A DNA stretch of 64,000 bases from the human T2T-CHM13v2.0 reference genome, Homo sapiens (GCF_009914755.1 NC_060931.1); one strand, 5' to 3'. Shown: positions 12,835-27,339, counted from the stretch's first letter. Notes: a model not told the origin generated them from the letters alone. Numbers and translations are program-made.

Positions 12835-13060
12835 CATTCACCAATTCAATTATTCATTAACTACTTATTGAGGACTAGGCACTGTGCCGGGCACAGGGAA
12901 GGGAGTGAATCCAAAGCAGTCCTTCCCTCCTGAAAGGAACTTGCAGTCCAGTGGGGGATGTGGATGAACAGAAAAGCAGCTACAGTCACATGTGCTATGG
13001 GAGACATGGGCATTAGTGCAGGGCCCCTGGGGAGCAAACAGGAAGGCCCCTAAACTGGTG
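12835..13060 (-). mobile_element. L2 LINE 3' fragment
   Basis: cattcaccaattcaattattcattaactacttattgag ... ggcactgtgc is a reverse L2 terminus. Confidence 0.6.
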
Positions 13061-13070
13061 GGTTGATGGG

Positions 13071-13430
13071 TGATATGGTTGGCTCTGTATCCCCATCCAA
13101 ATCTCACTTTGAATTGTAATAATTCTGATGTGTCATGGGAGGGACCTGGTGGGAGGTAATTGAATCATGGGGACGGGTCTTTCCCATGCTGTTCTTGTGG
13201 TAGTGAATAAGTCTTATGAGATCTGATGGTTTTATAAATGGGAGTTCCCCCACATAAGCTTTCTTTCCTGCTGCCATGTAAGACATGACTTCGCTCTTCA
13301 TTCGCCTTCCGCCATGATTGTTAGGCCTCCCCAGCCATGTGGAACTGTGAGTCCATTAAACCTCTTTTTCTTTATAAATTACCCAGTTTTGGGTATGTCT
13401 TTATGAGCAGCATGAGACTAGACTAATACA
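13071..13430 (+). mobile_element. THE1 (THE1B/C-like) solo LTR
   Basis: TGATATGGTT...GACTAATACA, 360 bp; flanks atggg/atagg as a 5-bp TSD. Confidence 0.93.
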
Positions 13431-13529
13431 ATAGGAATGGGCTAGGTTAGACTTCCCAGAAGAAGGATGGCTAACCCACACTCTCAATTCTAAGCTGGGG
13501 TTCGATTTAAAAAAACAAAAAAACATAAA

Positions 13530-13763
13530 AACCTCAATATTTGTTTGATTTTGAGAATCATTAAAATAATGTCAGTCACAGTTGCAACAGCAGAGAGATA
13601 CTTTTCACAACCAAAATTAATACAAATTTGCTTGAATTCTGCTCTATGTAAAGAGAAATTATCTGCTTTGGTAAGGGTTACTATGAAACTTAATTCAGCT
13701 TCAAGATTAAATTATCCTCTGCTGGAGATTCACATAGAGCAGCAAGATACAGGAAAAAAATGA
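13530..13763 (+). pseudogene. hAT-family transposase C-terminal dimerisation-domain remnant (Tip100/Zaphod/Arthur-like fossil)
   Basis: Translation NLNICLILRIIKIMSVTVATAERYFSQPKLIQICLNSALCKEKLSAL aligns by eye with the hATC motif PNL..ALRILLT.PVT.A.AERSFS.LKLIK..LRS.M..ERLS.L. Confidence 0.75.
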
Positions 13764-14319
13764 ATTTAAATTATAATTGTACTTAAAAATTCAATAGATC
13801 ATTGTGATCTTACAATATTTATTTCATGCTTAAACTACCACATTTTTTCCTCACACAGAGGAACTTTTACCAGCAACTCCAAGCTGGATAGCAAATGTGG
13901 ATAGCAAATAAGGTTTCTAGCTCCTCAGTCCTCTTACTTGACTAATAAAGACAGGAACACTAATGGAAACATTTTTATTTTTAATAAATTTAACTATTTT
14001 AATGCTATAAATATCCAACTTACAAATTTTCAAAGGTTATTACATATATGTCATATGCATTTGAATGTGTTACATACTCAATTTGTAAGCCACTTAATTG
14101 GAATGTGACATATATCTTCCTATAGAAATGAGAGTTAATAGTGCCTACATTCTCAGGCTAGCCCTCAAAAGCCTATTAAACATCTCTTTGAGGAAACACT
14201 GGGCAATGGTCAAATTCAGAGCTCTGGTTCTGATGATGTAAAACGAGGTTAGGCCCTCTGAGGCAAAGATTGGAAATGAGGTGGTAGGGACAGAGTCAAG
14301 CAATGTCTCTGAGGCTCTC

Positions 14320-14550
14320 GTGCTATACAAAGGAAAGAGCTAGGGCTTTGAACTCAAACAGACTAGGGTCATGTCAGATTTACCAGTTACTAGCTCTGCA
14401 GTCATCAAGAAATTATGTTCTCTTTGCCTTCACATAGTTACCTGCAGAAGGGGAATGGCTTGGGAGCACTGTGAGGATGAAGTAAAACAGCATATGCAAT
14501 GCACCTCCGTAAAGCCTGGGACCGAGCAGGTGCTCAGTAAATAATGGCTC
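14320..14550 (+). mobile_element. MIR SINE
   Basis: ggaaagagctagggctttgaactcaaacagac ... gtgaggatgaa ... gtgctcagtaaata. Confidence 0.7.
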
Positions 14551-17500
14551 CCTTCCATTCCTCCATTGGCTTTCTGCACCTGTTACCTATCTTGGCCTAT
14601 GGAAAAAATGACCTCTGTTGTAGGGTTGAAGAATTAAATAAAGTATGTGTATGTCTGTGTATATGCGTATGTGTGTGGTATGTATAAAGCCAGTAAGTAG
14701 TAAATACATGGCCTAGTGAATAGGAAGAACTCAATAAACAGTGGTTTGTTTTATTTTTCTACTAGTAGCATACTTAACAACCTGCTTCCTTTTCCCTGGA
14801 CACAGCCTGCAAAAATTCTGGCACACCAATTCTGCAGTGTGAATCATTGTGTTTATCCTAACAGACGCAAAGCTATTGTTTTTAGCTGGTAATATGTTAG
14901 CGGGTTCCTATTGGTTCCAGACCTATCTGGGTTAATCTGGAAAAGGGAGAGGGAGGCTTCTGTTTCCGTGAGCTGATCAGCATGGCCTGAAAAAGGACTT
15001 GGTTGCAGGGATGAGCATAAAGAGAATGACTTGTTCCCCAGTGGGATCCCATGCACCAGGCCCAAGCCCAGTAGGGAGAAGAGCAGTACTGAGGCTGTGG
15101 TTTCACAAGGATATCCTGGGTATGAGCAAGCATAGGAGTGAAACACTTCCTGTGTGTGCACAAAACACACATGGCTCCAGCTCAGTGACACCCAAGGGAC
15201 CACACCAGGAGTCCATATCTAGCCAAGGAAGCAATGTTCCTAAAGAGGATACCAGCCATGGTGGCAACAATGAAGGAGGCACCAGTACCTGGTGTTTCCA
15301 AGTGCCTTGGACATCAGGGAAAGGTGGGTTCAAAGAGGAAAACTATGATTTGTGATCACATATGAGACACTCCTGGGACTTCCCAAACAAATGAGGAAAG
15401 GCTTTGTTGGAGGGCAGGGATGTGATGCTGAGACCTCAGTGGGATGTAAGCCAGGGAAATGTGAATTCCCTTGATGTGGTTCATGTTGCATCCATAGGCT
15501 GGTGAGGTCTGAAGGAGGGTACATATGGGAGGGTACCTCCAACAAATAAGTACAGCAACCCTAAGTCAAGCAAATGCAGTCATTGGGCAGAGCTCAGTTT
15601 CAATGGCTTGATAGCAGAACAGAATAAATGGTTACATTATAGCTGCATAATAATATAGTTTCCAAATATTATGCTATCAATATTAATAAGCATGACTCTT
15701 TTTTAAACAAACACATGCTGAACCCTTATTGTTCATTGCCACACAGAGAACATAATGATAGCTTACTAGCACTTGTCAGGATCTTGGGTGGAAGACACTG
15801 CATAAATATCAATATAGTTAGTTGAAGTGTTATTGTTTTCCATTCTGCACTGGCATTTTATATGGAATATAATGAAGTTTTTATCTCTAATCCTCATATC
15901 AAACGATCGGCACCTACTTGGGGTATTGTCTAGAATAATTATATTCTGATTAGTTTACAGTAGTTGCTCTAAAAACATTTCTTATGGATGCTTTTCATAG
16001 TCAATAATTACTTTTGTGATGTCTTTCTTCCAATACATCCCAACATGTACTGTTAAGATTTAAGTGGTTTCACACTAAGATAATATAAACCAATGTTGTG
16101 AATATATCTCAGCTTTCTCTCAGAGAATAGCTGTGACTTTCCTCCCTATTTGATCATAACGCTACCATTCCTGATCATTCAGTATGAATGTTTAGCTCAA
16201 TAGATAATTGCTGTTTTCTGGCTAACATTTGAGTAGGTTGGCTTAAAGATGTTTGGAACAAAGCATTCTGGGATAAGCAAAGGATCAAAGTCCAAGCTTG
16301 ACTGGAATAAGGAGGGCAGACAGGGAGCCTAGAAGGGTATGGCTGCAGTTACAGGGAATTGTAAGTTAGAAGGGAACAAGAAAGAGAGGCACAGAGATGG
16401 AGGGCATATCACAAGTCTCCTAAGTGATCAATTAGAAAGCAAGCGGATGGATGAATAGCCTCTATAAGTCTAATTTTTCTTATTGCAAAATATAAAAGTT
16501 ATAGATATAAAAGGCTTGGGTGTGGAAAATTAAGGAAAGAAATTTTGAACTGGGGAGTCTCATAAAATCTTGCAGAAGCACAGAAAACATTAGTAAAAAA
16601 CAAATAGCTTGAATTCCAACATAAACAAAAGATTAAATACAGTAAAAAATGAATGAAACAAAATCAGAAGGCCTAAGCTCTGCTAAAACTTATCCTCACT
16701 TTGTGATATTGACACGTCTTTTAATCTTTCTCAGTTTCTTCCTCATCAGTAAAAAGAAAATGATGAACTAAAGTGATCCCTTAACAACAACAAAAGTTTT
16801 TATAACTGGCGATATGCAATAGCCCTGGGTTTTCCCTTTTTCGGCAGTATGTGCTTTAAAAAGCAAACAACCCATATGTCTTCCCAATTTCCCTGTGTAG
16901 AAGATAGAATAAATAACCTCCAATGAAGGGCAACTAGAAAGTGGAAATTCCATGTTGCTACTGAATCAGTGTTGGAGTCTAATATATAAGTCCCATTTTC
17001 CTGTATTTCCTGAGAGTCACCAAAGCAGTAGCAAGTGCACCAAGCCCAAGGAGAGCTGCATACAGAGGCAAAGCAACAATCACAATGTGTGGTAGAAAGG
17101 GTCACCAATTCCCTGATATGCTATATCTAATTTTATTTTATGGTCTTGAGTAAGCCCCCAAATTTCCTTATGTCTTAGTTTTCTCACCTGGATGTGTAAT
17201 TCATATTCTCAAAACTACCTTTTTGTAAAAAGATACCAAAACTTTTTTAAATACTAAAAATTGAGGCATTTCAAAATAAAAAGTACCAATTTTAAGAGGT
17301 CATGTGCTTCATGGGAATAGCATTGAACTTGGAATAAGAAATAAAACTGGGTTTAAAAGTAGGTTTGCTATCTATGAGCCGGATGACCCTATGACCTCTC
17401 AGTTTTCTTATTTGATAAGTGCAAGATTTTAAATATGCCCTGCCCACCCCAAGATTGCCAAATTTAAGTGAGATTATAGAAGGCATGGCTTTCCTTGAAC

Positions 17501-18995
17501 TATATATAGCAGGCTATGCAAAGTGAGTTCTTCGTAGCCTCACCATAATCATAATTGCAAGGAACCTAATTACTTTCCACTCTCCCTCAGTCATTAAGTT
17601 TCACAGGCCCAAAAACTGTGAATCAGGAACCTTCACAAGTTCCCCGGAAGGTGAAAAAAATATCTGCAAAAGAAGTGAATCCAGCCCAAGTTTCATAACC
17701 TTAGGCAAATCCAGGAAGAGTGACGGCACAATTACAAAGAGTAACTGCATAGAATATCTGTTCAGTTACCACTCTTACCTGGCTTGTAAAACAACAGCAG
17801 AAGGTGTTAACAAATGCTTGTTTACCAATAAGTCCATACTGCAGCAAAATTCCTGGCCCTACTGAAAATGTAGTAAAAGCCTTTCTACAACAACTTGGGT
17901 CCTTAACCATGGAACAAAAAAAACCCATGTGGTCAGGACTGACCATGATAATACTAATTAGAAATGTTTTCAGTCTTGTATACCAAACAGGTCTGTCCTG
18001 GAGACAAGCATCTTTGCTAGTTTCATAAAAATGTTTGTTTCCAGATGCTATTTTGGACATTTCTTCTCTTCCATATTTTTATTCAGAAAGGCAGTTTTTT
18101 GTTTCCCCTGAGTACTTCCTGTATTCCCTTTAACTATAGGTGTAGCTACTGCCCAAAGGGTTCCTAAAATTACAGTGAGAAGAGAAGAGGAAGGGAGAGA
18201 GCCACTGCAGCCCCTCTTGGTCAGAGGTCTATTTTGTGAACTGCTTGATGGACAAGAGAGTCCATTACGCAATTTTTGTTTTGAAGACCCAAAACACAAA
18301 CTTGCACGCCTACCTGCAATGATTCATCCTCCACCAAACCTGCTATGCCCAGAAGCCCTGTTTTACAGCAGAGAATATTTCTTCAACATTTTTCCAACTC
18401 TACATCTAAATCCATTTAACACTAAACCATTTTTAAAATTATGTTTAAAATTACAACATAATTATCATATTATGTTCCTATTTTTGCATCAAGTTTTTTA
18501 TTGTTGTGCTTTGTTTGTTTTAGTCTCATTGCCTCTAGATTTTGGCTTTGGCAAAATTTATTGAATTGCTAGTTCCTCGTGGGCAAGAATAGATTTTCTA
18601 CTCAACTTTGAAATTCCCCAAAGAACCTAGAAGAGTTTTACAGCTACACAGAGTGAATGCTGCTGAGAGCTGACGGGCCAACTGGTCTCCTAGCAAAGGG
18701 CACCAAATCTTAGGTCCAAAACAAACAAAAAGCATCAATTCTGAACTTTTATCACCATTCAGGCCAAAAAAATGCCTTTGTATTTGTTGATGGTTTCTGG
18801 CTGGCCCACATTCCCTCCATCTACTTGAAGTTCAGGCTGCCTATTTAGAGAGTAGAACGACCCTTGGCAATGGGTGCAGGAGCCAAAAAGCATAGGTTTC
18901 TTGGGCAGCCTGCATTACTCCGAGAGGGACATCTGTTTAGCAGGAAGCTTCCACTCTGTGCCAGCCTTCAGAACCATCTGTCTCTTTACGCTTCC

Positions 18996-18997
<2 letters not shown>

Positions 18998-19039
<42 letters not shown>
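18998..19039. repeat. (CA)~20 microsatellite
   Basis: Perfect dinucleotide run. Confidence 0.97.
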
Positions 19040-19041
<2 letters not shown>

Positions 19042-20064
19042 CCATGCATTCACTGGGTGTAAAAACCAAGTTGAGAGAGAGAGAAGCTGGCAACATAGGT
19101 CTCCCTTGCAACAGAGCTTGGAGGGGCACACGAGGAAGAAACATCGTGATTACTCTATGGACTTTGCATCCCTGGATGGAGCAAAGTTTTCCCACCCCGC
19201 CCATACCCCTCCAGCCCAGCCCCAAGCTAGAACAGTAACTTACAGGCCTGAAAGACTTAATAAAGATCACCCACAATGATCTTCAAAACTAAATTTCAAG
19301 GCAGCAGCTCTGATATAAAGTCTTTACACACTCAGAAAAATGCCTCTCTTAAAACTGCTTTCATAAGAGGAAACTAGAGAGGCAAAAGGGAAAGTGTCTT
19401 TTGGATGGGTGACCTATTAATTACAAGGATTGGTTGGTCTGATGAGGCGATTATAGAATAAAGTCAGTGAGACTAAGGTCACACAAGACAGACACATGGA
19501 AGCCATGGGCTGGGAGCCTCAAGGGGCTTGTCCTACTAATGTCTGTGTGTGTGCACATGTAAGTGTCTGTACACACCTGTGAATGGAAGGACAGGACATA
19601 GAAACTATTGCTTAAATGGATCCAACATCTCTCTGCTGCTGCACATTGTAAAACTGACATCCAACATGAAAAATCTGTTTAACTGTTTGAAAAATGTTAT
19701 AGTGATTTTATAATTTATACCTTATTTTAAGAAATATTTGAAAACTCAAGAAGTAGTTTAAAAAAGAGAAAAGACAGCAATAAGAAATTCTAAAAAGAAA
19801 GAGGGAGGTGATAGTACCAGATATCAGAGATGAGAATTACTGCAATTGAGCACTCAATCTGGCTCTGCAGTCAAGCAAAAAGAGAATAATGAGAAGTGAC
19901 ATAGTCCTCACCATCAAAGAAAAAGGAACATTATCAGTGCACAGAAAGATAGGTCTCTCTGGACTGAATTTTAGGAAAAATTTATTGCATAGAAATATAC
20001 AGATAGACTAATAGGTGGGCAAATATTGACAAAACATTAAATAACAACAAACAGTGCTTCATGA

Positions 20065-20300
20065 AGCAAGTTAGTACAGAAGTTTTGGATATGGGCTTTT
20101 TAGTAGACAGGACTGGGTTCAGATTAGGAACTACAACATTGGACAAATTACTTAAGCACCTCAAGCTTTTAATTTCTTACCTCTAAAATGGAGGTGATGG
20201 TACACACCTCTCAAGGTTATCATGAGGATTAAATGAGATGGCACAGGTAAAGGATCTTACACAGTATCTGGCTAGTAGATGCTTAAGAAATGTTGGTTCC
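20065..20300 (+). mobile_element. MIR SINE
   Basis: ggacaaattacttaagc ... ctaaaatggaggtgat ... atgaggattaaatgagat. Confidence 0.8.
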
Positions 20301-20776
20301 ACTCCCATCCCTCACCCCCACTCACAATGGTTGGATTCAGGTCTTTTTGTGGACAGAACAAAAATCAGAGCCCTAATGCCCTTGAAGCATTTCCACAGAA
20401 AGCGTAGATACTACAATGGTCTGAATAAATTGCCAGTTAGAGGCAACAATAGAGCTTGGAGAACCTGGGGGGATGGTAGCTGGCCTGTCTCTTATACTGA
20501 CAATGGTGTCAACACAATGAGGGAGTTGCTGAAGGGGTGTCAAGACTCAGCTATCTGGTAAGTACCTAAAAGGTAGATGCTGTCTGTTGCTCATCAAAGA
20601 TAACTTGATATTTGAGACACCCATTGTCAAGCAGTGGGATTACCATTATTTGAGTGTTTCACCCAGATAGTGGACCATCCCACCTACACAGAGAGGGTTG
20701 GCTGAAGGCATGATTGTAGATAAAGCCATTTCTTTGTCTCAAAGAAAACGTACATGTGACCCTCTCAAATGCTTAG

Positions 20777-21251
<475 letters not shown>

Positions 21252-22904
21252 AGAAACGTCTTATTTTTAATAGCATTGTCACCAGATGGAAAAATGAATG
21301 CATGCATTATTGGATGCATTAGTAAATACATACCAATCTTTTACCATATGTATGACTCTATGGTAGGCCTCTGTGCATTTATTATGTCAATTAATTCCTG
21401 CAAAGGAAACCAAAGGTAATATACCGAATGATCATTGTCAACTATACTTGTACACATCTAGGTACAACTATAAGTTTATATTAGTGATCCATAAAAGAAC
21501 TGTTAAACTAAATAATCCTTCATAATCAGGTATATGGTCTATAACACAGTTAAAGGGACAGAAGCAGAAAATGACCATTAGAAGAAAAATTATGGTAATT
21601 TAGTCATCATATACATCATGATTTGAACATAACTAACAATTTCATTAACACAAAAATTCTAATACTAAAAGTTCTTTAGCTAAATAATTAACCAAAATTT
21701 ATTTCCACAGCCAAATCCCAGCCCCTGGCAAGTTTTATAATATCTGCACATTTTCTCAAATGATGAAAGCAAATCAACAGCATTAAGCCAAATCAACAGT
21801 TTAATTACAGCTACTCTCTATGCAAAATCCACTGCAACCAAGCAGGTCACAGCTGAGGTTGCTGTGTCACCTCCTAAAGACTGGGCTGCCAGAAAAACCT
21901 CAGATCATTTGCAAGTACTGAAACATGAAGGAAATTTGGGGCTCAGTAACAGAAGAACTGATATACTTGGAACATTTTCAGAAACTCTTTCCTATGCCGA
22001 CCCTTACTCATCTTCCTGAAGACACAACCACTCATTCATTCAGTACTTCTGGCTTGCTCACTGTGTACCGGGCACTGTGCTAGGCATGTGGGGAGGGGAC
22101 AGTTGGGGGCAGAGTCATATCAGACACAGGCACAGCCCCTCTAGAACTCACAGACATTCTCAGACCTAAGCATAAATTCAGGGCACAGTCCTATGGAAGT
22201 AAAGGGCTTAGAATCAAAATGCAGATACATTAATATGCAAATGTGCTTTTCATAAGAACATATCACAGGTTGCACACGCTCAAATTACACTTGGGAAAAT
22301 GATCCAACATAACTGACACACACTATTACAACTCCGTTCAAACACCTATCCCAGGGTCCCACAGCCAGGGTAAGGGCAGGGGAACTGTGCAAAACCATGC
22401 TCAGTAGAGCCCAACAGAGCCTGGAAAAAGCACCAGGAATCTGCAAGACCCAGCTCTCTGACCCTGAAGCCACTTCACACTCAGCTTCAAGATAAGCCTC
22501 ATATGACATTGATAAATTATTAAATCTGTTGATTGCATGGCAGATCAGGAGCCATAGAGTAAAAGGCACTCTACATGGATATAAAAACACCTTTAGGCAA
22601 GAGACAGATGAACTCAAGGTGAGATATCAACATTAACACACCACATGTTTTTACACTTTACCATATACAATTTCAAAACATTTACAATGAGACATGCCTT
22701 AAAGTTTTGGTAATTAAGGAACCCTCACACACAGAGCAGTCATGAGAGAGATTAATCATTCAGCAATTATTTACTGAGTTCAACAGCTGAGCATGGCTGT
22801 TGCTGGGGGAGAAAAGGAGACCCCAGGAGTGGTGGGAAGAACAGGCACAAGTGCTCCTAATACAGATTTCCATGCAGAGGCAGGGAGTTAGGGGGAGAGT
22901 TGAG

Positions 22905-23290
22905 AGAATCAGATTACAAAAACAGTTCTGCCACTACCTATGGCACAAATTTGGCAAGCTGCTCAGCCCCTCTGAGCTCCCATGTTCTCATCTGTGAAAA
23001 GGGAGATACCCACACCTACCTCACGGTCACTGTGAGGATTAAATGACAGCAGTTATGGTGACGTCCGGCAGTATAACTAGACTGTACTAATGTAAACTGG
23101 GCTTCACCGCTCAGGAAAGGGGGGAGCCTTTCTGTGCCTCAGATTTCCTCATCTGTAAAATGGTGATAACAGTCTCTTAAAAGGTGGGGTAAGGATTAAA
23201 TGAGTAAATTCATGCAACGAGCTCAGAATGGTTGGTGGCATCTGGCGCATAGTGAGAACTCAAGACAAGTAGGCTCCTATCACTGCTATA
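22905..23290 (+). mobile_element. two tandem MIR fragments
   Basis: The MIR core (ctcatctgtgaaaag / ttcctcatctgtaaaatgg ... ggattaaatga) occurs twice. Confidence 0.8.
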
Positions 23291-23913
23291 TTCCTGATGC
23301 TATAAGAGGGAAACAAGATGGTTGGGGGAAGGTTTGGAAAGAAGAACAGGATTTCACCAGGAAAGGCTGGTGGGGTAGAAGGCATAGGCGTGGAGCAAAG
23401 GGAGAAATCACAGAAGAGGCAGGAGAGTGGTATGGGAGACCTGAGCCCATGATGGCAGCCACACCCCTCATTATCTGTTTCTGCTTCACTCAGTTCCTGA
23501 GCTACTCACAAACATCGCAGAACCCTCTCACCAGCTCAAACACAGCCAGAGGAGTGGAAATCGGAGCTTTCATCATGGGGCAGGTGCCCAAGATGAGCCC
23601 TGGACACGCTCATGTCCCATGGGACTCTTCATATCCCCAGCCTTGCCCATTACCACCTCCAGCCTCCATTCTCTGCCGGGGATGTCTGGTACCCTGGAAC
23701 CAGAGCCCTTTTCTGATGCCATTTAGTTCAAGCTCCAATACAGCCCCCACACCATTTCATATGGAATATATTTACTTTTTTGAATATATTTTTGCTTTTA
23801 CAGAATATTTTCACAGGACATAATTTTTTAAACTCATCCCTGAAAAGGACTACTATTTGCTATCAAAAATAAAAAGGTCGAGATTGATCTCTCCACGTTT
23901 GTATACATGTGCC

Positions 23914-23957
23914 TGTGTGTGTATACGTGTGTGTGTGTGTGTGTGTGTGTATGTATG
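23914..23957. repeat. (TG)n microsatellite
   Basis: Directly visible; interrupted. Confidence 0.9.
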
Positions 23958-23979
23958 GGGAGGGTGGAGACAGCAAAAA

Positions 23980-24250
23980 CACCAAGTGAAAAAACAAGGC
24001 ATAGAATTGTACATAATACAATCACACTCTGTAAAAGAATGGATAGGCATATATGCCAGCATGTGAATAAGCATTCTTAAAGAATACAGAAGAAAATGTT
24101 TATGGTGATTTTTCTTTGGAGAATAGGACTGAGAAATCTACAGTGGAAAAAATACCAACTTTTCACTTACTGCACTTTTGTATGCCTTAAGTTTTTACTA
24201 TGCATGTATACTATTTTAAAAGCTGTTTTTTAAGTGAGTTTTAAAAATAA
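23980..24250 (+). mobile_element. old L1 (L1ME-like) 3' fragment
   Basis: aagtgaaaaaacaag ... tttttactatgcatgtatactattttaa resembles an L1ME3/4 3' end. Confidence 0.55.
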
Positions 24251-24720
24251 ACAAAAGATCCCATATCAGGAGTTGATTCTGATGCCTAAATAAAAGTACG
24301 TATTTCTGATACATAGCAAGCTACTGATAAGTGGCAGCTGCCTATGGCTCCTGTTATTATTTGTATTATTATCATGTATTACGGTTATTTATGTGCATGA
24401 GATCTTCCCTGTGAGGCTGTGAGCTCCATGAGCACAACTCCCATCAGGGCTGGCCCTGGAGTAACAGCGTACACACCAGCTCCCATAAAGGAGTTCATCA
24501 CTGCAGACTTACTAAACCAACACCCACAGGAATGAATGACCTGACCAGCGACCCCATCATTGAGGGAGTAAATGCATCCTTATCTCCATTTTGCAGATGA
24601 CGAAAAAGGTGTCATGTAAAAAAGTAAAAAAAAAATTAGGGGAGGAGCTCAATCAAAATCAAAATCCCAAGGCTCCAAGGCAGAACTTCCCATCAGCAAG
24701 CATTAAAACACAATAGGTCT

Positions 24721-25068
<348 letters not shown>

Positions 25069-25344
25069 CTACTAAGATGTGAGCTTTCTAAAACAGGTCA
25101 ACAACACTATTTCATTGTACACATATGTATGTAAGTTTCTCCCCTGACACTAATGAAGTCACCCTAGAGGCACACACACATGTTCATGGATTACAAACAT
25201 GAAGCGAGTAAAAAAAAGAAACACATTCATAAATATCTACAGGGAGCACACGCAGGAGAGTCCTGCTACCCAGCCAAAGCAGGAGGCACCATGGAGCTGG
25301 CGGGCTGATGGCTGACAAGATATCACCTAGTTGAAGGTAGTCTC

Positions 25345-25530
25345 CTCCACATGACCTTGGGCAAGTTATTGATCCTCTTTGAGCCTCAGTTTCCTCATCT
25401 GTGAAAATGGGGTGATCCAGGTACCTGTGATCCACAGAGTCCACTTCGGGGATTAAATGAGAGTATAGGTGAAAAAGTAATTAGAACAGCGCCTGACATA
25501 AAAAGCACTTAACAAATGTTAGTTGTGTGG
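25345..25530 (+). mobile_element. MIR SINE
   Basis: tgaccttgggcaagttattgatcctctttgagcctcagtttcctcatctgtgaaaatgggg. Confidence 0.9.
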
Positions 25531-26589
25531 TTTTTGTTTCCAGTATTATTAAACAAAAACCATAGCCAGAGAATAAACACAACACACACACACCACCCCC
25601 ATCCCAATAAGAATTATGTGCCACCTCTTATGAAATTTTGCACAGATTTCTATCATACTATTTATAATATATATTAAAATCACTGGTGTACAGATCTGTC
25701 CCTCTTCCTTTGAACTGGGTATTTCCTGAAACCAAAACAGGTTCTTAGTACCTGGAAAGTGCTCATATGTGTTTGTTTAAAATGTCAACATGGAATGAAA
25801 AAGTTTAAATCATTTGGACTAACAGAGTGATAACTACAAGCAATATTCTGAAAATTGAAATTCAGTTTCTTTTTCTTGATATCCTTTTAGATAGTTCACC
25901 ACAAAAGTAGTATCTATAAATAAAGCTAACTTATGCTCTGAGGTCTACTAATATACTAAACCATCAGCACTATAGCTTCTCTTGATGGTCATTCAATTTC
26001 ATTTCTGCAAAGTTTAAGCCTGCACATTTGAGTAAATGAATTCAATTCATCAAGGAGCCCAGCCTACGACAGAGCTACTCAGAGATCCAATCAACAGCTT
26101 CTCTCTGGAATAAGGAAATGTAGACTCCCTTTAATGAGTTCACTTGCTGGAATCAGTTCTTTTTCTCACAGATTAGGGCAATGGAGCACCCATAAAGGAA
26201 TTGACAAGGGAAACTCTAGCTCATTTCCAGGAACTATGATAGAATTCTGTGAGTGAAGTAACTACTACTTCAATATCTCTGCGAATAGATGGTGAGATTG
26301 TGAGCTCCAAGAGTGCATTAATCACAAACCTTATTCTGTTTCTGTATAGTGCAATCACATTTGTCCTCAGATGCAACTGTGTGGTTCAAGATAAAACACT
26401 GTATAGTACAATGCTTATTGTCTTTAAATATAAGTTCCATCCATCATGGAAGCCAGACTCATTCCTCACCTAAAGCCAGTAATATGTCTTTTGGATAAAG
26501 TACAAACTTAGGGAGTTAATTACTTCATTACATTGCATGGCCCATCCATTATAACAACATAGCTATGACTGGATTCAGCTATGGTAGTC

Positions 26590-26940
26590 ATTCAATCCAA
26601 CCTCATTTACAAAACACAGTTTGTACCTACTGCCTCTACAGAGACTGTAGAAAAATGGTTTTAGAAGCCATTCATTCATGTTCTAGGAACTGTGTAATGA
26701 GTGCCTACCATATGTCACACACTGTTTCAGATGCTGTGGCTACTGAAGGAAAGAAGATAGAAAAACATTTTTACTCTTATGGGGTTTAATACTCATATGG
26801 AGTTAGTGAGAGTAGACAAAAAACAAATAAACAACTAATTTCAGATAACAATGTTTTATTAAGAAGAGTGAGGAAGACCTTTCTAACAAGGTGAAATGTG
26901 AATGATGAGAAAGGGGCATCTGTGAAGACTTCCCACTGTA
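26590..26940 (-). mobile_element. L2 LINE fragments
   Basis: cattcattcat ... gagtgcctaccatatgtcacacactgtt is a reverse L2 terminus. Confidence 0.6.
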
Positions 26941-27339
26941 TGGAATGTAACGTGGCTGCTCTGTACGTGTTCATGTGGAGCTCTGTGGAAGCCATATTGA
27001 TCAGTTTGCCACAAAGCCACAGCCAAGACAGGTAATGAGGACTCGAACTCAGTTCCTGGCACCCAAATCCCTGCATCCCAAGATCACTAGAAAGATCTTG
27101 TCAGACTTTTGGGTGCAGTTTAGATACCTGGGGAAAACCTCTGTTGTTTTACTGCCTATGAACACAAAATGGCCCCCAAAAAACCTGAAAAAAAAACCAA
27201 TATAACAAATTAGACTATTTGGACCTCTCGTGATCTTATTAAAAATAATATCACTTCTCTAAATTTTACCTGAGGAGGAGTGAGCTACAAAGGCCTGGAA
27301 AAGGTAACCAAGGGGTCCATAGATGGAGTGGACTCTTAC

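Noticed and set aside
14990-15570. GC-richer block with several overlapping ORFs (similar block at ~48190-48600)
   Set aside because: No recognisable protein; possibly a very old LTR-type repeat that I cannot name, so it is left uncalled.
18864-19276. Overlapping ORFs with HT/CV repeats (also at 23.9 and 53.0 kb)
   Set aside because: They are produced by (CA)n microsatellites.
23200-23823. Longest ORF in the track (207 aa)
   Set aside because: It starts inside a MIR, has no recognisable domain and no exon-like boundaries; consistent with a chance ORF in a locally GC-richer stretch.
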